Positions 9,232-17,914 of a stretch of 42,921 nucleotides of DNA are shown one piece after another; positions within the stretch are counted from its first letter, which is position 1, and the number at the start of each line of letters is the position of its first letter. The notes under the pieces were generated by a model. It worked only from the letters and a program-made list of their open reading frames with translations. It was not told the origin of the DNA and made no database searches. The stretch is taken from the IMG/VR virus record IMGVR_UViG_3300022542_000376, one strand, 5' to 3'. Source of the DNA: a virus. Made by a program: the position numbers and the translations under genes.

Positions 9232-9785
9232 GACTCTCTCCTCCTTGGCTTGAATGGCTCTGGTTTGATTCCCTGATCTTGGTAGCGAGACCCTAAGTGA
9301 GAACTGCCATAAGGCCGCTCACATGGACGTGCCATACGCTGAAAGGTCAACTGGGCGATAGGGATACCTGGGTGCAGGACTATAGGTATCTTTGCCACGT
9401 TCTGTAGCTCTAGGGTCAAGTGGCCCCTGAACCCTGGGTCAATGTATCCTGCTGTAGCGTGGACAACTAGGCCTAACCGCCCCAATGACGACTTGCCTTC
9501 TAGCCGTGCCACTAGGGACTGTCCCACGCTGATGAACTCCTGGGTAGTGCCTAGCACAAACTCTCCCGGATGGAGCACGTAGTGGGTAAAGTTCACCACA
9601 CGCCCTAGCGACCTAATCGGTGGATTGGCCAGGTCAATCTCAGAGAGCCTACCATGGTCAGCGACCCATAGGTACTCTGAGAGTTCCATGTCGTAGGAGG
9701 ACGGTTGGAGCCTGTCGTCATCCCAAGGCTCAATGGTCAACTCCTGGCCACGGCACATCCGTATCTCAACGTCGGATAGTATCAT
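9228..9785 (-). CDS. dcd: dCTP deaminase (Dcd/dUTPase superfamily)
   Basis: MILSD N-terminus, GKSSLGRLGL, GYIDPGFRGHLTLELQN (catalytic Glu context), C-terminal YGS...SRYQDQ; collinear with E. coli Dcd from memory. Confidence 0.9.
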   Translation of the reverse strand: MILSDVEIRMCRGQELTIEPWDDDRLQPSSYDMELSEYLWVADHGRLSEIDLANPPIRSLGRVVNFTHYVLHPGEFVLGTTQEFISVGQSLVARLEGKSSLGRLGLVVHATAGYIDPGFRGHLTLELQNVAKIPIVLHPGIPIAQLTFQRMARPCERPYGSSHLGSRYQDQGIKPEPFKPRRRES

Positions 9786-10598
9786 CTATTCCTCCTTCCT
9801 AAAGATGATGATGTCCTCGTCATCGACGGTCTTAATTCCCTTAGCTGCCATGGGAGCACGGTACGAGGACATGGGCTGTAACCACTTGTACCACTCCTCG
9901 AGCCTAAATCCGCTCCTAGTGGCATGGCGTATGATGCGCTCGGATAGAATCTCTCGCTTCCCTGCTCGTGTGGCGTCCTTCGAGATGATGGCCATTGGAG
10001 CATTAGGGACTAGCCTCGCAGCAAGCCGCTTATAGACTAGAACCATAGCCTGCTCAAAGTAGAATGGGTTGAGCCGGCCCAGGTTCTGTGGTGATGCCTG
10101 CTTGCCCCCGTATGCAGCGATCTTGTCAGGTGTTATTTGCTCGTCATCGCGGGTCTCACCTCCGCTGCTGAGGAAGTTTGCATAGGGAGGGCTGAATATG
10201 GCAGCATCACATAGGTGCTTGAGGTCTATGAGTTTTTGGCGGCAGTCACCTTCATAGAGGAACAGACTACCTTCAGCCTCATCGAACGGGCCAGTAGTGT
10301 TTGCCTTCCTGATAAGGTCAGCATACTGAGGCTCAATGTCTATAAGGACAACGTTGCGCCCTTCTAGCATAGCAAGCATGAGAGTGCCCGTGCCTCCAAA
10401 TGGGTCTAGGATGGTATCCCTAGGCTCAGTCAAATATCTTACTAGCTCCTGGATGAGGTACATATTGGCCTTGGCTGGATGCTGAAACACCTCCCCCGGA
10501 AATAGTTGTCTGCGCCAGGTTGTGTCACGGCCAGGGAACAGGATATGTCCGTCCTCGTTGCGTTTGTAGTTAGGCGCAAACTCCTTGTCAGTTACCAT
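9786..10598 (-). CDS. SAM-dependent amino-methyltransferase, probably a DNA N4-C or N6-A methyltransferase
   Basis: Motif I ILDPFGGTGT, then LIDIE, then motif IV IFSPPY about 65 aa downstream (motif I before motif IV). Confidence 0.8.
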   Translation of the reverse strand: MVTDKEFAPNYKRNEDGHILFPGRDTTWRRQLFPGEVFQHPAKANMYLIQELVRYLTEPRDTILDPFGGTGTLMLAMLEGRNVVLIDIEPQYADLIRKANTTGPFDEAEGSLFLYEGDCRQKLIDLKHLCDAAIFSPPYANFLSSGGETRDDEQITPDKIAAYGGKQASPQNLGRLNPFYFEQAMVLVYKRLAARLVPNAPMAIISKDATRAGKREILSERIIRHATRSGFRLEEWYKWLQPMSSYRAPMAAKGIKTVDDEDIIIFRKEE

Positions 10599-10881
10599 TA
10601 CCGTTTCCCTCCTCCACCTGGGCCGCCTTAATCAACATTCTCAATGCCTTTACTGACCTGGCAGCCTCGGTATCATCTGGACTGTCCCCCTCATAGAGTG
10701 CATCTAGTATTGCGGTTCCCGTCTCGGGGTCCTCTAAGGATATCCTTAAGCCTGTGAGGAGGAAGTACAAACCCGTGCTCACTAGTTCCATAGGGACTCC
10801 ACAATCCTGCATCCTCTGTAGCCCATCTCCTACAACCACCTCCGCAATTGCCTGTATCCTCCTCCTAGTTTCGTCAGACAT
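10588..10881 (-). CDS. Hypothetical acidic protein, 97 aa
   Basis: ATGTCTGA stop-start overlap with the upstream gene. Confidence 0.55.
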   Translation of the reverse strand: MSDETRRRIQAIAEVVVGDGLQRMQDCGVPMELVSTGLYFLLTGLRISLEDPETGTAILDALYEGDSPDDTEAARSVKALRMLIKAAQVEEGNGNGN

Positions 10882-11596
10882 CTGGCCTGCCTACCTTCCG
10901 CAACAACTGTTGTGCCATTTTGAGCCCCATACCTTCCACTGCTGCCAACTCCTTTGCACTAGCCCCTAACACATTCCAGATGGTAGCGAAGCGGTCGATG
11001 AGAGCCTGTGCCCGTACTGCACCTATATTAGTGCCCTTCATAATGTTCATCAGGCCCTCTACCTGCGGGTTTGGGTGGAAGTCTATCATTCGCAGATACC
11101 TGTTGAACGTGGTGTGCTCCTCTTTCTGGTCGGCCTTGTAGAAGGCCACGAGTGCAGTGGCAGTTGAGGCTAGATCAGGTGTAAAGTAGACCTCCACGTA
11201 TTTGCTCACCTGGTAGAGCCATGCGTAGGCCGCCTGCAAGGGCAACCGAAACTCCTTGGCAGGAAACATGATGCGCTTGGTGGTGCTCTTGGTGGGCAAC
11301 CATACAACAGTCCCTACTCCAGAGGATGTTGCTACCCCCTCCATTAGGAGCTTCAAACGGACATCAGGGTGAGCCTGTCTCTGCCGCCGTAACTGGTCCT
11401 CCACTGCATCCGTGTTGCTGAGGAGTTCCAACCAGGTCTTGCGCTCCACCTGCTGTATACCATCGTTGAGGCTAGGCCACTTGTAGTCCGCGTAGCCTCT
11501 CTCATTGATGCTCTCCCACTCGCAGGGGATGGACTGCCTAAGGAGGGGAACAATCTCTGCCGGTTCGTGTGCGTCTGCTAGCATAGGGTCAGACAT
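10874..11596 (-). CDS. ERCC4 (XPF/Mus81/Hef-type) structure-specific nuclease with C-terminal (HhH)2
   Basis: GYADY...VERKTWLEL nuclease signature; C-terminal NIGAVRAQALIDRF...VEGMGLKMAQQLL helix-hairpin-helix pair. Confidence 0.7.
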   Translation of the reverse strand: MSDPMLADAHEPAEIVPLLRQSIPCEWESINERGYADYKWPSLNDGIQQVERKTWLELLSNTDAVEDQLRRQRQAHPDVRLKLLMEGVATSSGVGTVVWLPTKSTTKRIMFPAKEFRLPLQAAYAWLYQVSKYVEVYFTPDLASTATALVAFYKADQKEEHTTFNRYLRMIDFHPNPQVEGLMNIMKGTNIGAVRAQALIDRFATIWNVLGASAKELAAVEGMGLKMAQQLLRKVGRPDV

Positions 11597-11783
11597 GGGA
11601 GTTCTCCTCTCCCATTCGATTCAACTCCTCCAGGCAGATACGGATGAGTGTACCACCAGGGCGATTCACCTTGAGCCTCTTCTCCCTGATGTAGCCGTAC
11701 AGAGTGGACTTGTTGACCTTGATGTGGTCTGCCGCCTCTGGTACTGTGAGCCATACACAGGAGGCATCATGCTTGTGCTCCAT
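11589..11783 (-). CDS. Excisionase/MerR-type helix-turn-helix DNA-binding protein, 64 aa
   Basis: LTVPEAADHIKVNKSTLYGYIREKRLKV motif; AAGGAGG RBS. Confidence 0.65.
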   Translation of the reverse strand: MEHKHDASCVWLTVPEAADHIKVNKSTLYGYIREKRLKVNRPGGTLIRICLEELNRMGEENSHV

Positions 11784-11785
11784 GA

Positions 11786-12034
11786 CTAGTCCTCCTTCTT
11801 GATAGAGACTCTATAACATCTACCAGGAACGCTACATACGGAGGATGCTCTGTCTACCACCCTCCAATGTACACTGCGGGCAAAGATGAGATGCAGGTGG
11901 AGGTGGCCAAGTGGAGGCTTCCACTCCTTAGCGTGTTTGTTGAGGTAGTCGGTGTTTGTAGCACCTCCATAGCAGTAGTCGTCACCGTATCCCGTTGGCC
12001 TGCCTTTGCTCCTCTGACTAGGGATTTGCTTCAT
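11786..12034 (-). CDS. Hypothetical protein, 82 aa
   Basis: ATG with GAGAGG upstream; overlaps the upstream gene by 17 nt. Confidence 0.5.
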   Translation of the reverse strand: MKQIPSQRSKGRPTGYGDDYCYGGATNTDYLNKHAKEWKPPLGHLHLHLIFARSVHWRVVDRASSVCSVPGRCYRVSIKKED

Positions 12035-12851
12035 TGTTCCGCCTCTCTATCTGGATGCGATCACCCGATGACATACCTATAAGATTCACCACAGAGTCCC
12101 AGCTAGGGTTCTCCAGCTTAGCACCCTCGAGGTCAAGGTTGTAGCCACACTTGGTTAGCTCACCTGTAAGTGCCTTATCGGCTTTGGCCATCCTCACCGC
12201 CACGTCCACGAAGCGGTAGGTGCCATTGAGGCCTTCCATTATCCTCTTTCCAGTAGGCAGCGACTCAACCCTGCCATCCCTGCCCGTAGGCATGCTCTTG
12301 TATTCGTCGGTGAGGTGGTGAGTAGCCACCAGGTTCTTCTTGACACCTGCCCCTGTGTTGTAGATGTCACGGATGGCGTCATTGGGATTGCCGTATTCGA
12401 TCTGGAGGAGTTGCTCCCTTATAGGCTTGTTCTGCTTCTCACACTCCTCCTGTAGCTTCTGCAGGCGGGCATTTATCCTAATCCTTCTAGCCAGAGTCAT
12501 TGTGTCGATCACAATGCTCTTGATCTCAGGATCAGTCAGGGCACCTACGCACAGCACAAGGAAGTAATCCCAGAGTTCTATGCAGCCATGAACCCGCACA
12601 GTGTCCAGTTGGATAGGTGCGGGTAGCTCAAACACGGTGATGTCATGGCCCTTCCAGGTGCCCTTGTGGTTCTGCCCTGGATCGTATGATACGGTGAGTA
12701 TGTCTAGGTCCTTGAACAACTCATCGTACCTGCCTCCGTACAAGGCTCTCTCAATGCCCATATCGAAGGCGAATCCAACTATAGGTGGAGGGGCAGAGTA
12801 GGCAAGTGTGGTCTTGCCTGTAGCCTCCTCACCTTCAATTGACAGTAACAT
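12018..12851 (-). CDS. RecA-superfamily ATPase, Sak4-like recombination protein candidate
   Basis: Walker A GEEATGKTTLA at the N-terminus; Walker B-like SIVIDTMT. Confidence 0.55.
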   Translation of the reverse strand: MLLSIEGEEATGKTTLAYSAPPPIVGFAFDMGIERALYGGRYDELFKDLDILTVSYDPGQNHKGTWKGHDITVFELPAPIQLDTVRVHGCIELWDYFLVLCVGALTDPEIKSIVIDTMTLARRIRINARLQKLQEECEKQNKPIREQLLQIEYGNPNDAIRDIYNTGAGVKKNLVATHHLTDEYKSMPTGRDGRVESLPTGKRIMEGLNGTYRFVDVAVRMAKADKALTGELTKCGYNLDLEGAKLENPSWDSVVNLIGMSSGDRIQIERRNNEANP

Positions 12852-13099
12852 TATGCACCATTCCCTCCTACATCTATAGGCACAGTGGCCATGAACTCCT
12901 CGACTGCCCCTTGCTCGAACTGATCCGCCTCGGGGCGGCGTGTCGCCTCTACATATGCACGAGCGTAGTTGGGGTGCCTGAGCGCAATTATGAGGCCGTA
13001 CCGTAGGCCCATGGTGGCTGATGCAACATGGAGACGCCTAACGTGGGCTTGTGTCCAGTATAACTGAGTTAGCCTAACTATCTCATCCTTGGTTGGCAT
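12851..13099 (-). CDS. Hypothetical protein, 82 aa
   Basis: ATG 13099 with GGAGGA 5 nt upstream, preferred over the track GTG 13117. Confidence 0.5.
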   Translation of the reverse strand: MPTKDEIVRLTQLYWTQAHVRRLHVASATMGLRYGLIIALRHPNYARAYVEATRRPEADQFEQGAVEEFMATVPIDVGGNGA

Positions 13100-13277
13100 G
13101 GGATTCCTCCAGTGCACCCCTCATCGCATCGATAAGTTCGGACATCTCCTGTATGCAGATGCACTTGTTGACCTTCTCCTCAAAGCGCCTGCACTTCATG
13201 TGGCCATCCTTGATGAGCCTGTCTACTAGGCTCTCGGCGTATTTCTTTTGGCGGTCGGTAGGTAAGTGGCAGGTCAT
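13083..13277 (-). CDS. Hypothetical protein, 64 aa
   Basis: GAGGAG RBS; ATGA overlap with the upstream gene. Confidence 0.5.
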   Translation of the reverse strand: MTCHLPTDRQKKYAESLVDRLIKDGHMKCRRFEEKVNKCICIQEMSELIDAMRGALEESHANQG

Positions 13278-13567
13278 GGCTCCTCTACTCTCTCAAACCC
13301 ACAGTGTTCTCTACACTGGCCACAGAAGCCAACCGGGTTGTCCTCACTTACATCCGACGCAGGGTGTGGTGGAGTGCCACAGCAATCGCTGAGCCACTCC
13401 TCGTCCTCGTAGTCGGCAGGCAGGATGGCTTGTCCCATGATGTGCCTGTCGAGTGCATCCTTCTCGTGTGGTGTTAGCACTGGAGCCTCCTTTGACTTCA
13501 ACCAGGCCTCATACCCGTGTGTAGGGCACTGGTCGTCAGGGCTGCGGGGTAGGCATGTACAACTCAT
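13274..13567 (-). CDS. Cys-rich hypothetical protein, 97 aa
   Basis: GAGGTGG RBS; ATGA overlap; CxC...C...CC...CGQC..C pattern. Confidence 0.5.
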   Translation of the reverse strand: MSCTCLPRSPDDQCPTHGYEAWLKSKEAPVLTPHEKDALDRHIMGQAILPADYEDEEWLSDCCGTPPHPASDVSEDNPVGFCGQCREHCGFERVEEP

Positions 13568-13758
13568 GTCGCCACCTCGTGCCTGATGGTACCCTGAGCT
13601 AGTGCCTTCCTCAGCCCCTCAACCGGTAGCCTGATGACATGTCTATCCCAGGCGCCTTGACTTAACTTGGTCTCCTCCACCAACCAGGCCCAGCCTAGCT
13701 CCTCCTCCTCCAGCCATATTGCCTTGTTCTTCCTTCTGAGTACCTCATACTTTCTCAT
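13564..13758 (-). CDS. Hypothetical protein, 64 aa
   Basis: ATG 13758 with AAGGAG 8 nt upstream. The track start 13878 would overlap the upstream gene by 134 nt. Confidence 0.45.
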   Translation of the reverse strand: MRKYEVLRRKNKAIWLEEEELGWAWLVEETKLSQGAWDRHVIRLPVEGLRKALAQGTIRHEVAT

Positions 13759-14203
13759 GAAGCTCTCTCCTTGCCATCTCATGCTTGATGGCCCTCTGCT
13801 TGCGGCTGAACATTTCCTGTACGTGAGATGGCATACCATCCCCCATGGGAGCACCCGTCTCCTCGTCCATCGTGTCATCCATTTTGCCCTCGATCCGCCT
13901 CAGCATCCGATCGATGTTGCGGAGGTGGCTATCTTCAAGCTCTCGGATGGAAATGACCCTACCCTCCTTCGTGACCCAGGTATCCTTGGCCGCCATGAGA
14001 TAGCGGGGTAGTGGTGGAGGGAGTTCCACCCAATCGTCCAGTATGTCGAAGTCGTCGGGCGGCGCATTGGCCGCGGCTACCAAGTCGGCAAACTGTGGCG
14101 TTGGGTGGTCATAGTGGTGCCCACACAGGCTTGGCTCTCCTGGTATCAAGGGCCAGGTGGTAGTCCCTTCCTCGTGACAACCTCTTACGCTACACTCAGT
14201 CAT
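13745..14203 (-). CDS. Hypothetical protein with N-terminal Cys/His zinc-finger-like motif, 152 aa
   Basis: AGGAGG RBS; CSVRGCH...CGHH at the N-terminus. Confidence 0.55.
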   Translation of the reverse strand: MTECSVRGCHEEGTTTWPLIPGEPSLCGHHYDHPTPQFADLVAAANAPPDDFDILDDWVELPPPLPRYLMAAKDTWVTKEGRVISIRELEDSHLRNIDRMLRRIEGKMDDTMDEETGAPMGDGMPSHVQEMFSRKQRAIKHEMARRELHEKV

Positions 14204-14856
14204 GTCCGTACCTCCTGTGCTATCTTGTTGGCGTCACAGAGCATCTTGTAGGCGCAGTAGCCGCACTCCCAGTCCTCGTTGTAGGTGAACTGTGGTGGTG
14301 GCTCACCTATCTCGCAATAGTGGAGGTAGACTTCCTTCCGCTCTAGCATCCAGGCCCAATGTCCAGCTATCTCGGAGGGTAGAGCCTCACCATGCCAGCA
14401 CATGAAATCAGGGAATGGAGGCTTGTAGCTTCCCATCAGGTGAACCACAGCCAAGGTGCATTTGGTGTGCTGTTCACAGTGAAGGTAGCTAAGTACCTGC
14501 CTCTCCCATGTGACTGGCATCCGCTCTAGGAACTTCTCCAGGGATATGCGGGTGGACTTCATCTCTCCTGCCTGGTCGAAGTAGTCAAGGAAGTCCATGT
14601 CATAGTGGATGCCATCCACCTCACCCTGTAGATGCTGGCGGTGAGCCTTGAGTAGCACCTGCTCAAGACCCACCCCAACAACAAACAACATGGTTTCCTT
14701 TGGGGCAGGCGGGAGTGGACGGAAGCGGTTATACCAACTCCTCGTAAGGCAATAGATTAGCTCGGTGACATGAGGGTGCTTCTTCTCCAAGCGGATTTCC
14801 TCTGCCAGGTCAGCGAGCATCTTGGTGGCTAGGTGGCTATCTTCCGCCCACTTCAT
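14200..14856 (-). CDS. PD-(D/E)XK exonuclease, Cas4/RecB-like with a four-Cys cluster
   Basis: One N-terminal Cys (ELIYCLTRS), D...EMKST core, C-terminal CGYCAYKMLC (CxxCx5C). Confidence 0.72.
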   Translation of the reverse strand: MKWAEDSHLATKMLADLAEEIRLEKKHPHVTELIYCLTRSWYNRFRPLPPAPKETMLFVVGVGLEQVLLKAHRQHLQGEVDGIHYDMDFLDYFDQAGEMKSTRISLEKFLERMPVTWERQVLSYLHCEQHTKCTLAVVHLMGSYKPPFPDFMCWHGEALPSEIAGHWAWMLERKEVYLHYCEIGEPPPQFTYNEDWECGYCAYKMLCDANKIAQEVRT

Positions 14857-14866
14857 GATCTGCCTC

Positions 14867-15106
14867 CTACAACTGACCTGCTCTCTCAGCGATGCCGACG
14901 AGGCGTGCGTTGAGGTGCTGTAGCCCTTGCTCGATACGGGCTGCTACACTCTCAATGCCTACAGGGGTTGGGGCCTGATTGGCCTTCTCGTCATCTGGTG
15001 GTTGTATCCTACCCACAATCTCATGGGAGGATTTCAGTAGGTCCTCAATGCTCTCAAGGCGTCGCGGTAGATTGGGCCTCTCCGGTGTCGTTCCAATATC
15101 TGCCAT
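14867..15106 (-). CDS. Hypothetical protein, 79 aa
   Basis: AGGAGGG RBS. Confidence 0.5.
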   Translation of the reverse strand: MADIGTTPERPNLPRRLESIEDLLKSSHEIVGRIQPPDDEKANQAPTPVGIESVAARIEQGLQHLNARLVGIAERAGQL

Positions 15107-15118
15107 TGAATATCCCTC

Positions 15119-15313
15119 CTAGTCTACAATGTCCTCGGCTAGTACCCTAGTTAACCGATGCACATCGCTTCCTATATCAGCGAGCCTACCAACTAGGAGC
15201 ACAGCGGCTTCACTCTCCTTGTCTCCAACCTTATGGGCAAGGAACGTAAGTTCGCCTGCGAGGGCTGCTAACTCTGCACCTCTTTGGAGTCGTTCGTTCC
15301 TGTCTAGGGTCAT
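15119..15313 (-). CDS. Hypothetical protein, 64 aa
   Basis: ORF in the operon; RBS weak or too close to the start. Confidence 0.4.
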   Translation of the reverse strand: MTLDRNERLQRGAELAALAGELTFLAHKVGDKESEAAVLLVGRLADIGSDVHRLTRVLAEDIVD

Positions 15314-15316
15314 CTC

Positions 15317-15955
15317 CTAACTCGCCTTGTGCAGAACGCCCTCAGCGTCCCGTGTCAGCCTGCCAGCATCAAGGTAGGCCTGTAGCAGCTTGCGTTCGGT
15401 GATAGCAGTGACCACCTTGGGATTCTTCCTAACCTGCTCATCGCCTAGGGCAGCCGCGTAGAAGTCCTTCTCGTTCTTGCCATCGGCTATGCCGAACACA
15501 TGCTCGTCAAAGCCCTTCTCTACTTCCTCCACAGAGCCAAGGCCCTCAACAGCTACGATCTGCCACATGTCCTCGGTGATGGTGCCCCAAGCCCCGGACT
15601 CAGCATCCCTGTTGCGGCGACTGGCAGGTAGCATGCGCCACTCCTGCATCTTGCCGACAAGCTCCTTCAAGTCGTGGGCATCTGGAGCTAACTTCTTGTA
15701 GGACTTGGCTAGAGCGTCCCATCGTGTCTCAGTTGAGCCAGAGTAGGATACGACTATTGTGCCCACTGGGAATAGATACGGGGACGTTGCCTCGATCACC
15801 TCTAGGTCTACGAACTTGAACTCAATGACCTTGAACGTGCCCCTATCACCTTCCCTGTCGATGGCGTTGTACTCTTGGAGTCTACCCCTGATATGCCTCA
15901 ATGGTGAGATCGCATCAGTGGTATCTAGTCCTGGTTCAAATGGTTCCTGTGTCAA
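15317..15955 (-). CDS. Hypothetical protein, 212 aa (an ssDNA-binding role is possible from position only)
   Basis: TTG start with AGGAGGAG 4 nt upstream; lies between the helicase-like ATPase and the recombination genes. Confidence 0.5.
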   Translation of the reverse strand: MTQEPFEPGLDTTDAISPLRHIRGRLQEYNAIDREGDRGTFKVIEFKFVDLEVIEATSPYLFPVGTIVVSYSGSTETRWDALAKSYKKLAPDAHDLKELVGKMQEWRMLPASRRNRDAESGAWGTITEDMWQIVAVEGLGSVEEVEKGFDEHVFGIADGKNEKDFYAAALGDEQVRKNPKVVTAITERKLLQAYLDAGRLTRDAEGVLHKAS

Positions 15956-15969
15956 TGGACTCCTCCTGA

Positions 15970-16767
15970 TTACGGTAGAATTATCTCATCGGATGGTACA
16001 AATAGCAGTGTCTCCCTGTTGAACATCACCTCCCTTGGCTGGATAATATCCTCGGCATGCCTCACCACGTCGAAGTTTACTCGTAGGCGCTCTATCTTGT
16101 CCTGGCCTCCTTTCCTGGTTACCTTGACAATTGTATCGGCCCACCATGCGAATACGGCGGACCCTAACATGTCCTCCTCATCAGCACCAAGTTCCGCTCC
16201 CTGCTCATCAAGGGTGCCCTTCCTGGTATGGTGGATTAGGATAAGGCTAAAGTTGTGTTCCCCTATCAGTTTGTCCAAGGCATCTACAAATATCCTTGCA
16301 GAGTTGGGATCGAGGATGTTGCCTGATAGTGTCTTGTATAGAGGGTCTATGATAAGGATTGTTGGCTTGATAGCGGTTAGCCATCTGCTGAGGACTGCCA
16401 TCCCTGCCTTACTGTCTAGCTTGAGGTAAGGTTCCGTCCAGACATAAAGGTTGCCACGGATTCTTCCTGTCCTTCCATTCACTGCCTCCCAAGAGTGAAC
16501 CATCTTAGTGAACCTCTTGTGAAGTAGAGGATGTGGTATCTCAAACTGGAGGTAGATGACTCTATGCTCGCCTTTAATGTCAAAGTGAAGATAGGGTACA
16601 CAGTCCACCAGAGATAGGCTCAGGGCCTTAGCTAGCATCGACTTGAAACTATTTTTCCTGCCATAGATTATGGCCTTGTTCTGAGCATAGAGGATACCAT
16701 TGCCAATGTATGCCTCAGGGTAGTTGGGTTTCCATTTGAGGAAGTCGCCTAGCTTTTGTGGTTCCAT
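15970..16767 (-). CDS. RepA/DnaB-like RecA-fold ATPase (AAA_25-type), replicative helicase candidate
   Basis: Walker A YGRKNSFKS, Walker B ILIIDPL, LILIHHTRKG motif. ATG 16767 forms TAATG with the upstream stop. Confidence 0.7.
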   Translation of the reverse strand: MEPQKLGDFLKWKPNYPEAYIGNGILYAQNKAIIYGRKNSFKSMLAKALSLSLVDCVPYLHFDIKGEHRVIYLQFEIPHPLLHKRFTKMVHSWEAVNGRTGRIRGNLYVWTEPYLKLDSKAGMAVLSRWLTAIKPTILIIDPLYKTLSGNILDPNSARIFVDALDKLIGEHNFSLILIHHTRKGTLDEQGAELGADEEDMLGSAVFAWWADTIVKVTRKGGQDKIERLRVNFDVVRHAEDIIQPREVMFNRETLLFVPSDEIILP

Positions 16768-17042
16768 TAGGCCCCTTCCCGTAGTCCTAACCTGAGCCGC
16801 CACTTACTGACCGTAGACTGGTCTACACCTAATCGGGCACCTACCTCCTCAAGAGTACCAAGTATGAGCAATGTTTCCATGGGTAGGCCATGCTTGTCCT
16901 CTAACAGTTCCATCAGGCGTGTCTTACAGGGGTCAGGTGGGAGCGTAGGTGTATCCTCAATATGGCCTTTGCCAACACGCTCTAGGCCACGCTTGGCAAG
17001 TATGTCACGGCGGATACGCTCCTTGAAGCCTAGCCCTGGCAT
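16767..17042 (-). CDS. Helix-turn-helix DNA-binding protein, 91 aa
   Basis: GARLGVDQSTVSKWRLRLG HTH; GAGGAGG RBS. Confidence 0.6.
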   Translation of the reverse strand: MPGLGFKERIRRDILAKRGLERVGKGHIEDTPTLPPDPCKTRLMELLEDKHGLPMETLLILGTLEEVGARLGVDQSTVSKWRLRLGLREGA

Positions 17043-17914
17043 GGCTCCTCCTCTTGTGCCTGGGCCTCGGCGGGAGTACCCAGAGACTCGGCTATCTCAT
17101 TCGCCAGAGGCACATACGCCGACTTGAACCCACCATCCTGCACCATCACGTACTCAAACAGGCGGTCTAGTAACGCCCGCTGCTCGGCGGTGGCCGGCTC
17201 TAGCTTTCGTACATCACGTCGCCACTGTTGCTTGGCTTGGAGGAACGCCTCCTCCGCTGCCTCTATCTTCTCAAGCAACTCGTCGCACCGCCTAGCGTGT
17301 TCTGCCTTCGCCTCGTCCAGTTCGCTCTTGGGCACCGCCAAGCCAGTGAACACGACACTCCCGCTCTGTAGTAGTTTGGCTTCCGCTGCCTCGGCCCTAG
17401 CCTTCATCATCCGCCAGCCATTGAAGTAGGAACTACACTCGTGCATGGCTCGCTTGCCTCTTGCATTTCGGAGGGACAACTCAACGGTCAGCTTAGCAAC
17501 GTCGTCATCCGCTGCCTCAGCCCACTCCAGTAGCTCCTTGGGGAAATCAGATGCGTTCTTCACCATGTCCATCCATGCCTCTGCGTCCTCGGCCTGCTCG
17601 ATGGCCGCATCCCGCTCAGCTAGGAACTTAGCCGCGTCATCGTGCGCTCTCAAGAAGCGGGCATTCGTGGCAGCAGCCCATCTCCGCGCCCCATCCCTCT
17701 CTCCCATCACATCCATAGTCACCGTGTTCGCCCTGTCCCGCTCCTCTTGGGCCTGCTGGAGTTGGTCACTGAGGCTGACAATGGTGTTGTAGCTATCCGC
17801 ACTGATGAGGGCAATTTGGTGCCAGTCCTCCGACATCTTACGGACGCTAGGGAACTGCGCATGTTGCTTGGCCTTCAGGGCCAAGAGACCTAATTGCGCC
17901 AATGGTCCAGCCAT
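17030..17914 (-). CDS. Coiled-coil protein, 294 aa, unknown function
   Basis: ATG 17914 forms TGATG with the upstream stop. The track N-terminal extension to 18193 overlaps the upstream gene. Confidence 0.55.
   Translation of the reverse strand: MAGPLAQLGLLALKAKQHAQFPSVRKMSEDWHQIALISADSYNTIVSLSDQLQQAQEERDRANTVTMDVMGERDGARRWAAATNARFLRAHDDAAKFLAERDAAIEQAEDAEAWMDMVKNASDFPKELLEWAEAADDDVAKLTVELSLRNARGKRAMHECSSYFNGWRMMKARAEAAEAKLLQSGSVVFTGLAVPKSELDEAKAEHARRCDELLEKIEAAEEAFLQAKQQWRRDVRKLEPATAEQRALLDRLFEYVMVQDGGFKSAYVPLANEIAESLGTPAEAQAQEEEPCQG

Noticed and set aside
10874-11596. The identical ATGTCTGAC stop-start junction at 10881 and 11596 as a mobile or duplicated element.
   Set aside because: It is only 9 nt and is explained by both proteins starting Met-Ser-Asp while the upstream genes end in the overlapping TGA.
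11589-11783. Excisionase-like HTH as evidence for a temperate lifestyle.
   Set aside because: No integrase, recombinase, CI-type repressor or attachment-site-like repeat was recognised. The fold is common in generic phage DNA-binding proteins.
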